A stretch of 64,000 nt of DNA from Andalucia godoyi And28 (Eukaryota > Protista > Jakobida): assembly GCA_009859145.1 (NCBI GenBank), contig VRVR01000025.1:71617-135616 (forward strand). The letters are read 5' to 3'. The position numbers were made by a program, and so were the translations under genes. The notes under the pieces are model-generated. The model saw only the letters and a program-made list of their open reading frames with translations. It did not search any database and was not told where the DNA came from. Positions 10,028 to 20,594 of this stretch are shown here, one piece after another (the first letter of the stretch is position 1; the number at the start of each line of letters is the position of its first letter).

Positions 10028-12130
10028 TTACGTAGAAGTTGGTTCACTCGAGAACTCGGCCGCTGCCTTGCGCTTGTCGCTGGAACTTCGGGAGTGGTAG
10101 CAAAAATACGTTGCCTCTGCATCCAACAGCAGCGATTCCACGGACTCGATGCGAGATCCAACGTCATTGGCAAACGCCAGAAGCTGGTCAAACTGCAGAC
10201 GCGTTTCCAGGATGGTGTCTGCCTGTTTGAGAATCAGCGCTGCGCAAATGTAAAGATGGAAATGCTCAAACGACGACGAAAAGATGCCTTCCCACAATCT
10301 GAGGACATCTGCCATCTCGTCGAACTCGCGCTTGAACAGCACAAGAATCCACCGGAAAGCAAACAGGCACTCGGCGGCGTCAATGGAATCAAGATACACG
10401 TACAGGTCGGGATGAAGGACTTTGATCAAGTTGCGAAGCAAGGTCAGCTGCGTCTGCACACCCGACTGGTTCTCGAGGAAATTCCGGGCAAACCCCCGAG
10501 CCTCCATGACATTCAGGTAGGCAAAGAACGACGCTGTCTCATCTCGGATTACATACAAGACAGGAGAAAGGAAATCATTCATGCCTTGGCAATATCCAGA
10601 GTCGAAGTTGAACATTGTATATGTCAGCAAGACGTCGCGAAGCTTGCGGAGTCCCTCGCCATCCTGGTCTGCATAAAAGTCCACGGTTCGATCCGTGCGA
10701 ACCACATCCTTATCAACGCGATGCATCCTTTCCGACATGATCTGATTCCTCTGCAATTGTGCCGGCGTCAAACTCGTCCACTGGGTTTTGAAAACGCTGT
10801 ATTCGGATTCATGGTGCGAATGCAACGATGCCACGCTACTTTGAATCGCAGCAATCACATCATGCCGTATGGAATCCTCAGAGAACTGCTGCAAGACAGC
10901 AAAGAGAGAGGACCATTCATAAACAGTGAGAATGTAGGGCCACAGCACTTGACGATCTTCTGCATTGATCCCGCGTTCGAATATCTGTACCAACACACGG
11001 TTCTTCCACGACGCGGACTTCTTCTCCGCGCTCTTCGCCGACGAGTTTATGTCCACTGCCAACGATATCAGAGTCTTCAGCGTCACGGGCTCAGAGCACT
11101 CTCCGGCAGACGACAAGAACGGTCGCCGAAACATTGCGATCTGCATGAAACCCTGGCTGTTTGTCGACGGAACGATTACCATCGAATCGTCCATATCCAG
11201 ATCGTCGTTCTGGCTTCTTCGCTGTTCCTTCGTCCCAGCATTGATTCGTTGCCCTCTTCTCCCTGCAAAAATCGACGATGCTGACTGTGAAGACGACGGT
11301 AAAGAAGAATGGGTTGATGAAGATGAATCTCGTCGCAGAGCCGACGATGCCATGTGATTGAAGAACGCAAACGGCGCGAATTCCTTCACCATCTTTGCAT
11401 ACTTTTTCGATTCCGAGACGATTCCCTCTGTAACTTGCTCCAATTTCAGTCTTGACATTGCAACAGCAAACCGGTCCGCAGGTCGTTGATCCTCGAGCAA
11501 ATCCGAGAACTCCCAGCGCGTTCGTTGCCCCGCGGACTGTCTTACATGCAAGAACATACTCAGGCAGCGCTTCAGATCTTCCCACTGTGACTCCTTGATG
11601 AACACCGGCCGTTCATTCCACTCTCCCTGATTCAGATTGATGAACATCTTGACATGTGCCATGACCGAGTGCGCAGGAACCACCGGCTTCATATCGAACA
11701 GAATTGAGTGCAAATCCGCTAGCTTGAACCGAATCGAGTTTCGCATAAGCGAATGGTCCAGTGGATCGCAAGCAAACAACACCAGCTCAGACGGTTGCAC
11801 ATTTTGATAAGCTCCATTCATAGGACCTTGTTGCTCACCAACAGTGCTATCCGCAACACTCGATCGATGCTCACCATCACCAACACCATCACCAACACCA
11901 TCACCAACTACTTGATGGGGTTGCTGCGCAATCGCAACCTCTGCAGACAGCGGAGTGTGTCTGACAGCGGAGTCTCTTCGCAGGAGCAGTCGGATACGCC
12001 CTGGGATCGAATCGCGACAATCGTACGATTTGGCGAGAAAAACAGGCTCAATCGAGATCAAAGGCTCCCAATTGCTATCTGGGTTGTCCACGTCGGTCCA
12101 GTCTTCCGAGTCCGATGACGATGATGCCAT
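10028..12130 (-). CDS. TBC-domain Rab GAP, TBC1D15/17 (Gyp7)-like
   Basis: R-finger VDKDVVRTDR, Q-finger GYCQGMNDFLSP, FAFRWILVLFKREF, LRLWE. The start could alternatively be 12169. Confidence 0.85.
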   Translation of the reverse strand: MASSSSDSEDWTDVDNPDSNWEPLISIEPVFLAKSYDCRDSIPGRIRLLLRRDSAVRHTPLSAEVAIAQQPHQVVGDGVGDGVGDGEHRSSVADSTVGEQQGPMNGAYQNVQPSELVLFACDPLDHSLMRNSIRFKLADLHSILFDMKPVVPAHSVMAHVKMFINLNQGEWNERPVFIKESQWEDLKRCLSMFLHVRQSAGQRTRWEFSDLLEDQRPADRFAVAMSRLKLEQVTEGIVSESKKYAKMVKEFAPFAFFNHMASSALRRDSSSSTHSSLPSSSQSASSIFAGRRGQRINAGTKEQRRSQNDDLDMDDSMVIVPSTNSQGFMQIAMFRRPFLSSAGECSEPVTLKTLISLAVDINSSAKSAEKKSASWKNRVLVQIFERGINAEDRQVLWPYILTVYEWSSLFAVLQQFSEDSIRHDVIAAIQSSVASLHSHHESEYSVFKTQWTSLTPAQLQRNQIMSERMHRVDKDVVRTDRTVDFYADQDGEGLRKLRDVLLTYTMFNFDSGYCQGMNDFLSPVLYVIRDETASFFAYLNVMEARGFARNFLENQSGVQTQLTLLRNLIKVLHPDLYVYLDSIDAAECLFAFRWILVLFKREFDEMADVLRLWEGIFSSSFEHFHLYICAALILKQADTILETRLQFDQLLAFANDVGSRIESVESLLLDAEATYFCYHSRSSSDKRKAAAEFSSEPTST

Positions 12131-12496
12131 GATACGTTCCAGTACTAGCGCAAAAGGAAGAGCTAGCATACACTGAGTCAAGGTTTTAATGAAATTTAAA
12201 AATTAAATTTAAAGGCAGCAATATCTCAATATCTCAATATCTCTAGAAGAAACAGGAAACTGAAAAGCCAGAAGAAGATTTATGAAAAATATAGATATGT
12301 ATATATACATAATATTGATCTTTGGTGATCGGGAAAGCTGGAATTGATGAAGGGAGAGAGGATCGACGATTCGGGTTTTTGTTTGTTGATTCCCGAAAAA
12401 CAGAGAACTACGTCTGCTGAACAGAATCAAAAATCACCAACATACCGTACCCTATCCGTAGGTACTATCGGCACAACTAGAAGATGCTTGGTTGTT

Positions 12497-15118
12497 TTAC
12501 AAAAATACCTGCTTGGTTTCTTGAAACAGAAAGGAGCGTGCATTGTACTCTACTTCACCTGGTATTCGTGGTTGGGATTTGTTGCGGACGAACACTTCAT
12601 AGTCCTTGGATTTGCGGACGAACAGCGTCCCTTGTTCGCTGCGCAGGATGACGGACGAGATAGACTCGTCGTATTCAAGATACTCTCGGCTCTTCTGGAC
12701 CATGGCATCGCGTTCCAAGTCGCAGCAGCCCTTTGCGAGACCCAGGACCGGCTCAAACACCACAAGGGACATGTTTTGCATGTCCATTGGAAAGGGAATG
12801 AAAGCATTTTGGAGTCCGATGGAAAGAGACGAGGCGGGAGAGAGTGAAATTACAGAAGATGTCTTTGAGAAGAACCCGGAAGACGTACTGCTTGACGGCG
12901 ACAGGATTCCATTGTTTCCAGACGGCGAAAGCACGACAAAGGGCGCAACAGGCCCTCCAGCTTGATGCGGAAGATGCAGCATGGTTCCCGAAAATTCCCA
13001 TGAAAAAGCAGGAGTGACGCTACGGACATCACGGATCACAGGTACAGAGTGTGCAACCATGTCGCACAACTTGGGAAGCTGACTGGACAACAAGCGGCGA
13101 AGTAAGATCATGTTTCCATCTGCATATAGGTTTTCGAAGAGAATGACCGCCACTACGGCAACGCGGTCCATCTGTTCATAGTACACTCCAAACCAGTCAC
13201 CGTCCGGAGAACTCGGAAAGTGGCACCGCAGCGCAGCATCGCCGGACAGTAGTCTTTGTTCATCAAGCTTCGTTTCAGACGCCGGGACAGACCGATTCTC
13301 GTCGATCAGAACACCCTGCTCAACGTTGCTGATGAATATTGGGAAATTGTCACGTTTTTCTCGACCGCCAAACTGCACACGACACATGACTCGATGAGCG
13401 GACATTGGATTTTCACTGGTGATGCGAATCGCATAGGATTCCGCAGAACGAGAAAGCTCTGGGTAGGCATTCGATCGGATGAACTGCAGACGTGACGAAA
13501 TCAGCTTTTCCACGCCATATGTCAGATGTGAATGCAGCAGCAAATCATCCACAAAAATGCCGCCTGTGACGACTCCTGGAAGAGACTCGAGCTGCTGAAT
13601 GAAGTGCTCCGAAGCAAACATCAAAGAAGACTGTGCATTCAAGGACGGCTGGTAGGGAATGGACGGGAACGGCTGCATCAGTTCCTCACACAGATAACTG
13701 TACAACTCATGAAAGGTGTGAACTGCTTCGCCCGGGGATACTGCGGCAGAGACCCGATGCAGGGGCCCCGTTAGGTACCGGTATGCCATGACGATCACAT
13801 CCATGTGTTGCTTCAGAATTGTCTGATGCCAGCCGACAACAAAGTAAAACCGGTCCACACGGCGCAAAATATAACTGGTGTTCTCAAATTCAAATTCCAC
13901 TTCCTCAAACTCCGTAACCATCGGAACCACTTCTTGGCCCACAACAACGTCCCGGAGCCTGCCTGAGCTGGATGTCTCGCGCGTGCTCTTCTTCCTCTGA
14001 TCCGGGGAGCCTTCGTGCTCGGCAAAAATGTCTTTTCGCACACGAAACATCTGATCCGACGATAAACCCGACGGACTGGATGAATACAAGCTATTTTCAT
14101 CTCCACTGTGTTTGGATGGCGAACCGGACCCGTAAGATGATGCAGACGGATGCGCATTATGCAAGAACGAGAGCGGCGGCTGCGGAATTCTAATCGCGGG
14201 TGATCTCCCCGTCTTGACCCCACTTGATGCAGCCGCAACCCGAGTTGACATGGGAGTCTTTGGGCTGAACAACAAGCTGGAGACGTTCATGCCATCCAGT
14301 CGAGACTGAGCTTTCGGTACGCTCTGTTGCGGCGAAAGAAAGAGTCGCGAATCGGCGATTGGCGATGAACCCTTTTCACCAGTGGCCTCTTCTTCTCCCT
14401 CTCCTTCCCCTGCAGCTTTCTTGCCGAGGATCTTCATCTTTTCCGCAGGAGGTTGCACCAAGCTAATGGAGTCTTTGATTTCCTTGGAGAGTCTTCGAAA
14501 GGATTCAAACGCCCCGATAATCAAATACTTTTTCTCCATCGGAGTGTCGGTAGGTGCAAAAAACACCAGCTGTTCGACGGTTGTATCGCGATCATCTCCA
14601 CCCTCGTTATGCGACCCATCTGCAGCTCCAACCGTGTACTTGTTTTCCAGAAACGCTTGGTGACTGGAGAAATTGGAGGACTGCCCTCTCGACTTTGCTG
14701 CATATGATGCGTGATCGCCCTGCATGCTCGGACTGTTCACATCCGAAATATTGCATGCTGCCGAGCCCACAGACGCATGGTACGCTTCGGAATACGAATC
14801 ATACGGATGCGATGCCTGGCTGTACGTATCTGCTCCTCCTTCTTCTTTCTCAATTCCTGTCTTTGCCCCTTGTCCATCTCCCTCTCGTTGTCGATCCTGC
14901 TTCTTGATTCCATCCGCAGGACAATCGGTATTTGACGCATTTCCATCATCCGCTTGGGCCTTCTTCTTCTTCTTGGAGGGTGCAACAGGCGCTTCCGTCA
15001 GATACACCATGAAATGAGGCCATGGTCGACCAGACGGAATCGGTGTTCGCGGAGAATCAAAAGACCATATTCGAGATTGCGGGGCCGACACATCACTCAG
15101 CGTATCGCTCGCATCCAT
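12497..15118 (-). CDS. CCZ1/HPS4/INTU-family tri-longin protein (putative Rab GEF subunit)
   Basis: EQLVFFAPTDTPMEKKYLIIGAFESF resembles the longin-1 start. A second block GGIFVDDLLLHSHL and C-terminal VILRSEQGTLFVRKSKDYEVFV resemble longin-2 and longin-3. Long Ser/Pro-rich inserts are present. Confidence 0.55.
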   Translation of the reverse strand: MDASDTLSDVSAPQSRIWSFDSPRTPIPSGRPWPHFMVYLTEAPVAPSKKKKKAQADDGNASNTDCPADGIKKQDRQREGDGQGAKTGIEKEEGGADTYSQASHPYDSYSEAYHASVGSAACNISDVNSPSMQGDHASYAAKSRGQSSNFSSHQAFLENKYTVGAADGSHNEGGDDRDTTVEQLVFFAPTDTPMEKKYLIIGAFESFRRLSKEIKDSISLVQPPAEKMKILGKKAAGEGEGEEEATGEKGSSPIADSRLFLSPQQSVPKAQSRLDGMNVSSLLFSPKTPMSTRVAAASSGVKTGRSPAIRIPQPPLSFLHNAHPSASSYGSGSPSKHSGDENSLYSSSPSGLSSDQMFRVRKDIFAEHEGSPDQRKKSTRETSSSGRLRDVVVGQEVVPMVTEFEEVEFEFENTSYILRRVDRFYFVVGWHQTILKQHMDVIVMAYRYLTGPLHRVSAAVSPGEAVHTFHELYSYLCEELMQPFPSIPYQPSLNAQSSLMFASEHFIQQLESLPGVVTGGIFVDDLLLHSHLTYGVEKLISSRLQFIRSNAYPELSRSAESYAIRITSENPMSAHRVMCRVQFGGREKRDNFPIFISNVEQGVLIDENRSVPASETKLDEQRLLSGDAALRCHFPSSPDGDWFGVYYEQMDRVAVVAVILFENLYADGNMILLRRLLSSQLPKLCDMVAHSVPVIRDVRSVTPAFSWEFSGTMLHLPHQAGGPVAPFVVLSPSGNNGILSPSSSTSSGFFSKTSSVISLSPASSLSIGLQNAFIPFPMDMQNMSLVVFEPVLGLAKGCCDLERDAMVQKSREYLEYDESISSVILRSEQGTLFVRKSKDYEVFVRNKSQPRIPGEVEYNARSFLFQETKQVFL

Positions 15119-15145
15119 CCTTCTTTTTCTTTTCTTCTACAAAAC

Positions 15146-15148
<3 letters not shown>

Positions 15149-15230
<82 letters not shown>

Positions 15231-15250
15231 TCACTCACTCACTCACTCAC
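15149..15250 (+). repeat. (CT)n microsatellite followed by (TCAC)n
   Basis: About 38 CT units are directly visible, followed by TCAC repeats. Confidence 0.98.
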
Positions 15251-15673
15251 TTTTGAGCGCACGGAAAAATCTTCAAGCTTGAGCTTTGGGGGAATAGTGG
15301 AAGCCAAAAAGCCAAAAGGACAGAGTACAGTCGCCACTGCACTTTCAATTTTTTTACTTCTGGATTAAAAAAAGTCCGGCACATGCTGACAGGACAGCAG
15401 ACCAAAAAAGATTTTGCCTATGATTCGAACCGTTGCTAACGTACTTTCCCTCTCTTTCAAATTGATAAAGTTTAACGATTCCTCCATCTTTGCAAAAATG
15501 TCTCTGAATTCACATCGTGCATCTCCATTGAATCTTTCTTCTTGCTGTTTCACTTTGCAACTGCGCCTCTTTGCCATTATTTTTTTTCTCCCATTCCTTT
15601 CTTTTGATACTCTTTCTCTCTTTTTCTTCTTCTTCTTCCAGCTCGTCTTTTACACATTCACGTTCTCTTCTCT

Positions 15674-15730
<57 letters not shown>
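15674..15730 (+). repeat. Compound (CT)n(CA)n microsatellite
   Basis: Directly visible, upstream of the PP2C ATG. Confidence 0.98.
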
Positions 15731-15733
<3 letters not shown>

Positions 15734-15781
15734 GAGACCGTTCTCAAGACCCGCGTCAAAAAAGAAAAAAAGGCTCCTTGC

Positions 15782-17671
15782 ATGCCAACACACCCGCCGG
15801 TGTCTCTGAATGTTCGTTTTCAAGAAATGGAAGTGTCTCAAATGGATCTGTCAATGACTTCAAACACTTCTTCTTCTGCGTCTGCGTCTGCGTCTGCTAC
15901 TTCTTCTCCTTTCTTGTGTGTGTCTGCGTCGTCGCCATATGCGCCACGCGGCATCTCTGCGGAAGAACAAGCACTGTCGCCAACGCACTTTAACCTTTCT
16001 GATAATAACAACAATATCAGTATCAGTAATCATAATCATAATAATAACAATCATAATAATAATGCAGAACCACGGTTCCAACTGGGGATTCGTCGTCATC
16101 GATGCAATGCTTTGCAGCCACAGTTCGCACTCGCAAACTGTATTTCACATGCTGGTGCAGGGACTCCAAGCAAATCCTTTGAAAATCAATCACAGGCAAG
16201 CACCGTTTATGTGGAAGACCAAGCGCTGAGTCTCCCCGGAAGTCCTGACCATTTCTCTCAGTTTTCTCAGCATGTCAATGATCAGAACGTCCATCCAGAT
16301 GCTCTTGCAAAAATGAATGGATACGGCAGCATGGCTAATCATATCAACGGTTCGTATTCCAATGTTTGCAACAACAATAACATTCACAATAACAACAACA
16401 ATATCGGCGGTGGCGGATATAGCAACCTTCAAGGCAGCAACAACAACAACCAGTATTCGTCGTCGTATGCGTCTTCGTCGAATTCGGTTGGCCCGTATAA
16501 TCCGTCTGCGACCCCATTGATGCACATGCCACCCTTCAATGGAAACTGCTGCTCGTCCAACTCGTTTGAAACTCCGAACAAGTCTTGGCACAGAACATTT
16601 CAAAGATTCTTTTGTTTTGGGACCAACCAAAACCAAGGACCCCGTGGAAAACAGGAAGATGTCTTTTGCTGGAACCATGAAGTATCCAAGAGTGTGGCAT
16701 ATTTTGGTGTGTTTGATGGGCATTGTGGGGCGTTTGCAGCGAACGAAGCGTCCAGTATGCTGTGCGATGCAGTCTTGCAGCAGGAGTCGTTTCGCAGAGG
16801 GTTACGTCGATTGAAGAACATGCCTGCACAAGGTGCGTACCGACTGGACTTCACTGCAGACGAGGATGATGACGATTGCTTTAGCCACAACGGCGATGAG
16901 AATGACAACTTTTACCACGACCCCAATTTGTGTGGCAACAGCTCGGTGGAATTTGACTGTGATGACAACCCCAGCAGCGAGCTCATTGTGGACGACGTAG
17001 ATGATTGCTTTTCGATCCCAGCTCGTGAGGACGACCACAGTGTTTTGATGGACGACTGCGATTCGTCAATCATGATGGATGATTTGGATGTCGAGGACCT
17101 GCAGGGGATGTTCCGAGAGCCGATCGAGGACGCGTTCAAGAGTCTGAATCAACACTTGGGTATGGTCGACGTAACAAAGTCTGGAACCACGGCGTCCATT
17201 GCCTTTTTCCTAGATGGCAATTATATTGTAACGGCCAATGTAGGAGATTCTAGCATTGTGATGTTCCCTCGTAGTCCTTTAACGAACGAAAAGCAGGCCA
17301 AGCGACTGTCGGAAGACCATCGCAACAAGAACGATGGTGATTTGGAGATTGAGGTGTCAAGATCTCTCGGCGATGCGCGTCTGAATCTATCATGTGTCCC
17401 AGATGTCTTTTTGCATCCGGTGGATTTGCTGAGCGATGGATTTCTGGTTATGGCCTCCGATGGCGTTTGGGACAGGGTTCCACTGGTCGATGTTGACAGG
17501 ATTGTTCGAGAGTCGCTTATGGATGGAGGAGATCCACAAATGGCTGCTCAAAAACTCGTGGAGTATGCTGTTCTCAAGAAGAATGGTCAAGACAATGCCA
17601 CTGCGATTGTCATTTCGATCCAAAAACTGAGTGCAGACGAGGGCTGCTCTGGCCTAAGCATGTCTGCGTGA
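15782..17671 (+). CDS. PP2C/PPM protein phosphatase with Asn/Ser-rich N-terminus
   Basis: YFGVFDGHCG, ANVGDS, LSEDH, VSRSLGD, MASDGVWD, GQDNAT motifs. Confidence 0.9.
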   Translation: MPTHPPVSLNVRFQEMEVSQMDLSMTSNTSSSASASASATSSPFLCVSASSPYAPRGISAEEQALSPTHFNLSDNNNNISISNHNHNNNNHNNNAEPRFQLGIRRHRCNALQPQFALANCISHAGAGTPSKSFENQSQASTVYVEDQALSLPGSPDHFSQFSQHVNDQNVHPDALAKMNGYGSMANHINGSYSNVCNNNNIHNNNNNIGGGGYSNLQGSNNNNQYSSSYASSSNSVGPYNPSATPLMHMPPFNGNCCSSNSFETPNKSWHRTFQRFFCFGTNQNQGPRGKQEDVFCWNHEVSKSVAYFGVFDGHCGAFAANEASSMLCDAVLQQESFRRGLRRLKNMPAQGAYRLDFTADEDDDDCFSHNGDENDNFYHDPNLCGNSSVEFDCDDNPSSELIVDDVDDCFSIPAREDDHSVLMDDCDSSIMMDDLDVEDLQGMFREPIEDAFKSLNQHLGMVDVTKSGTTASIAFFLDGNYIVTANVGDSSIVMFPRSPLTNEKQAKRLSEDHRNKNDGDLEIEVSRSLGDARLNLSCVPDVFLHPVDLLSDGFLVMASDGVWDRVPLVDVDRIVRESLMDGGDPQMAAQKLVEYAVLKKNGQDNATAIVISIQKLSADEGCSGLSMSA

Positions 17672-17949
17672 GCTCGGGGAGAGGAGAACCCTGGGCTGCA
17701 AGCGTTCTCTGGTTGCTCTGGTTCTTCTCCGCTCGCCTGCTATATATTTACCTTGTACACTAACCTACACTTTCCCTCGCGGTGTCGACCCGAGATGGGA
17801 CGCGCGTTGCGGGGGAGTCCAGTCCGGAGGGCTGTCGGCTGTCCTGCTTTTTTTTTTTTTTGGCGCTGTGACCTGGAGGAGCAGCAAGGGTCTTAACTGC
17901 AATTGTACATATAATTTGAAAAGTGTAAATTTACCACTAAGAACAAGCT

Positions 17950-18423
17950 TCATGCGCATGGATCCATTTGATACGTGATCCACATTGTCCGTTGCGCGTG
18001 TCGGTCATACAGTGCTCGAGCCCGGTAGTTGTCGTCTGCCGTCAGCCATCGCACCATGCTCCATCCTCGAGGCTTGCACAGTGATCGAAGATGCTCAAGC
18101 ATCATGTCGCCAAGGCGCCCTCCCCGCACGGCAGGATCCACGAACAGGTCGTTGAGGAAGCAGGCTACCGAGCCAGTAAGCGGTCGCGGATTTTCTTGGA
18201 AATGTGCAAATCCTACAATGTCGCCATCCGCTTGCTGTCGCACAACAATGCATTCCAAAATGTGATTCTCGTCCATAATCCACGAAAACACCCGCTTTGC
18301 AGATTCGTCGGTGATGTCCCTCTTGTAGAAATCCGCATAGCCTTGAAACAGTCTTCTCCACGATGGATAATCCGATTCTCGAACACTGTCAAGGACAAAC
18401 TCAGCACCGCTGCTGGATGCCAT
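17950..18423 (-). CDS. GNAT N-acetyltransferase, paralog 1
   Basis: CFLNDLFVDPAVRGGRLG (motif A R/QxxGxG), WLTADDNYRARALYDR. ATG at 18423. Confidence 0.9.
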   Translation of the reverse strand: MASSSGAEFVLDSVRESDYPSWRRLFQGYADFYKRDITDESAKRVFSWIMDENHILECIVVRQQADGDIVGFAHFQENPRPLTGSVACFLNDLFVDPAVRGGRLGDMMLEHLRSLCKPRGWSMVRWLTADDNYRARALYDRHAQRTMWITYQMDPCA

Positions 18424-18647
18424 ATTTCCTTTTTCTCTTCTTCTTGGTCCAATTTCTTGCAAGCTACCTGTCCTGACGTTTAATTTGTGACGCTCAACAT
18501 AGAAAAAACGAAACAAGAAAGAAAAGCAAGAAAGAAATGCGAATTGTGAAACGAGGGGCGCTGCACTACTTGGAATCCGCAAAAAGATCCCGAGTTCCGG
18601 ACAACGAAACCCTCGGGAGCGCTGGCAGTCGGAACAAAAGTCAAGCA

Positions 18648-18770
18648 CACCTACATTGTACACTATCCACGGATAATCATCGCTGATTACCCATAATCAA
18701 CGTTGCAACCCAGCACGCCCCTCGGCATGAGAGACGTTCCTAAGATAGATGTTGCGTTGCATGGACAATA
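18648..18770 (-). mobile_element. Highly degenerate Fanzor-type right-end remnant
   Basis: The minus strand reads ...QRNIYLRNV, then two small hairpins, then the terminus TAGTGTACAATGTAGGTG matching the other copies. The left extent is unclear (possibly to about 19030). Confidence 0.45.
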
Positions 18771-19178
18771 AAAATAAAATAAAGAAATGAAATGAGCGTC
18801 GCCGTGCGAGAATGCAACGCGGCGGCGTATGTATAGGGATTTCATGGTCAAAATGGGGCGAAACGAATCGGGCATCGTGTGACGGAGTTGCTAAGATAAC
18901 AAACGCATGCGCATGGCGTGTGGCGCGTGGCAGTGTTTTTGTTTGCATGCGCTTTAGACTGCTTCATCATATCGCAATAAGTGGCAACGGTGTAATAAAC
19001 ATGCATGGTGCGTTTTACATAACGACTAACTGGCGCTGATCTATCGTCCCTCAAAGTCACAACGAAGACGCGACATGCTCAGCCACGAGGATATGCGTAC
19101 CAAAAACGTTGGGCAATCGAGGATGCAAGAGGGAGGGGAAAAAAGGTTCCAGATGAGATGCTGGATCAGAAGGGTCGG

Positions 19179-19646
19179 TCATGTGGAGTCCATTTGGTAA
19201 GTGATGCATGTTGTTCGCCACGCATGTCGGCCATACACTGCTCGAGCTCGATAGTTGTTGTCTGCTGTGATCCATCGGACGTCTTCCCAGTTCCTGTCTT
19301 TTCCCAACACTCGCAGACGGTGAAGCAGTTTGTCTGCCAGTTTTTGTCCCCGGAACGCAGGATCCACAAATAAATTGTCGAGAAAACAAATGTTTCTCGC
19401 AGACAAGCTGTGGGGCTGTTCTTGAAAATGTGCAAATCCAAGAATCGGTCTTTTGGAATCGTTTGTGTCCCGAAGTGCGATCCCATTGAATACGTGAGTT
19501 GGGTCCATCAGCCAACCGAACACTCGTTCTGCCACAATGTCTGTCAATTTCACATTGTGGACAGCACAGTGCTCCTCAAAAAGACGCCTCCAGATCTCAT
19601 AGTCTTCCCTGCGAATGTCGTCAATAACAATGCCTGAAACGTCCAT
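19179..19646 (-). CDS. GNAT N-acetyltransferase, paralog 2
   Basis: CFLDNLFVDPAFRGQKLA, WITADNNYRARAVYGRHA. Clear tandem paralog of 17950-18423. Confidence 0.9.
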   Translation of the reverse strand: MDVSGIVIDDIRREDYEIWRRLFEEHCAVHNVKLTDIVAERVFGWLMDPTHVFNGIALRDTNDSKRPILGFAHFQEQPHSLSARNICFLDNLFVDPAFRGQKLADKLLHRLRVLGKDRNWEDVRWITADNNYRARAVYGRHAWRTTCITYQMDST

Positions 19647-19889
19647 TCCCGTCTTCGCGCAAACAATTGTTCATGAATCTACAACGAAGTGGAAAAGGGA
19701 GGGAAGAAGCTGCAATTTTCTTTTGGATTATTTTACTGTCATTTCTTGTTATTTATTCTTTTTTTTTTTTGTTATTGTTGTTCTCTTGTTCTCTGTGTTG
19801 CTGCTGAATTCCCAGTTTTGTGTTTGGTCGGACCCGAGCAACATCGGACATATGGGTTGAGAAGCGGACCAAGCTGCAGAGGCTGAAAG

Positions 19890-20432
19890 TTACTGGATGG
19901 TGATCGACTTTGTACGCGGCAGAGCCTGTTCACGCTTGGGGATATTGAGATGGAGGACGCCGTTGTCGTACTTTGCATTGATCTGTTCTGCATTTGCATT
20001 TTCCGGAAGTCTCATCGAACGCTGGAACGAGCCCCAGGATCTTTCGACGCGATGCCACTTTTCATTGTCCTCCTTCTTCTCCATCTTGTTTTCACCGTGG
20101 ATCTTCAGAACATTGTTGTGGTCCACTTCAATCTTGATGTCTGCCTTGCTGAGTCCCGGAAGCTCCGCCTCCACAATGATTTCCTTGTCGGTTTCCTTCA
20201 CATCCATCATCGGGGCCCATGCGCGACGGCCTCCATTAAAAGTACTCAGTGTCGAGTTGTCGCGGTTAGCAACCGTGCCTGAGTTGCCATTGGCATTGGA
20301 GCCACCTTCGATCGCTGACGGCTGCCCCGCAGATCCATAATAGTCAATCGGTGCAAAATGCTGCGCAAACAACGAGTCCATCTCCCGCTGCAGACGCTGC
20401 ATCTCGCGGAACGGGTCAGTCCAGAACGACAT
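19890..20432 (-). CDS. HSP20: Small heat-shock protein HSP20
   Basis: Alpha-crystallin domain MDVKET...AELPGLSKADIKI...ERSWGSFQRSMRLPENA...AKYDNGVLHLNIPK. ATG at 20432. Confidence 0.95.
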   Translation of the reverse strand: MSFWTDPFREMQRLQREMDSLFAQHFAPIDYYGSAGQPSAIEGGSNANGNSGTVANRDNSTLSTFNGGRRAWAPMMDVKETDKEIIVEAELPGLSKADIKIEVDHNNVLKIHGENKMEKKEDNEKWHRVERSWGSFQRSMRLPENANAEQINAKYDNGVLHLNIPKREQALPRTKSITIQ

Positions 20433-20594
20433 TTCGGTAACGTAACGTAGTGTACGGATAAGGTAAACAAAGGTACGGGTGAGGTAACTGTTTGTCTTGG
20501 AAGAGAGAAAAAAGAAAGAAGGAAAGAAGGGGGTAAGAAAAGAAAGAGAGAGAGAGAGAGAGAAGCGGAGTGACGAAACTAAGCAACACAATTG

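Noticed and set aside
10094-11284. 396-aa plus-strand ORF, and many similar 100-280 aa ORFs antisense to real genes
   Set aside because: These are shadow ORFs on the opposite strand of well-supported genes at about 50% GC, with no motifs of their own.
17750-17840. Minus-strand TAGTGTACAAGGTA, 13/14 match to the element terminus
   Set aside because: No RuvC-III remnant or recognisable scaffold stems lie upstream. It could be a very old copy, but I cannot support that by eye.
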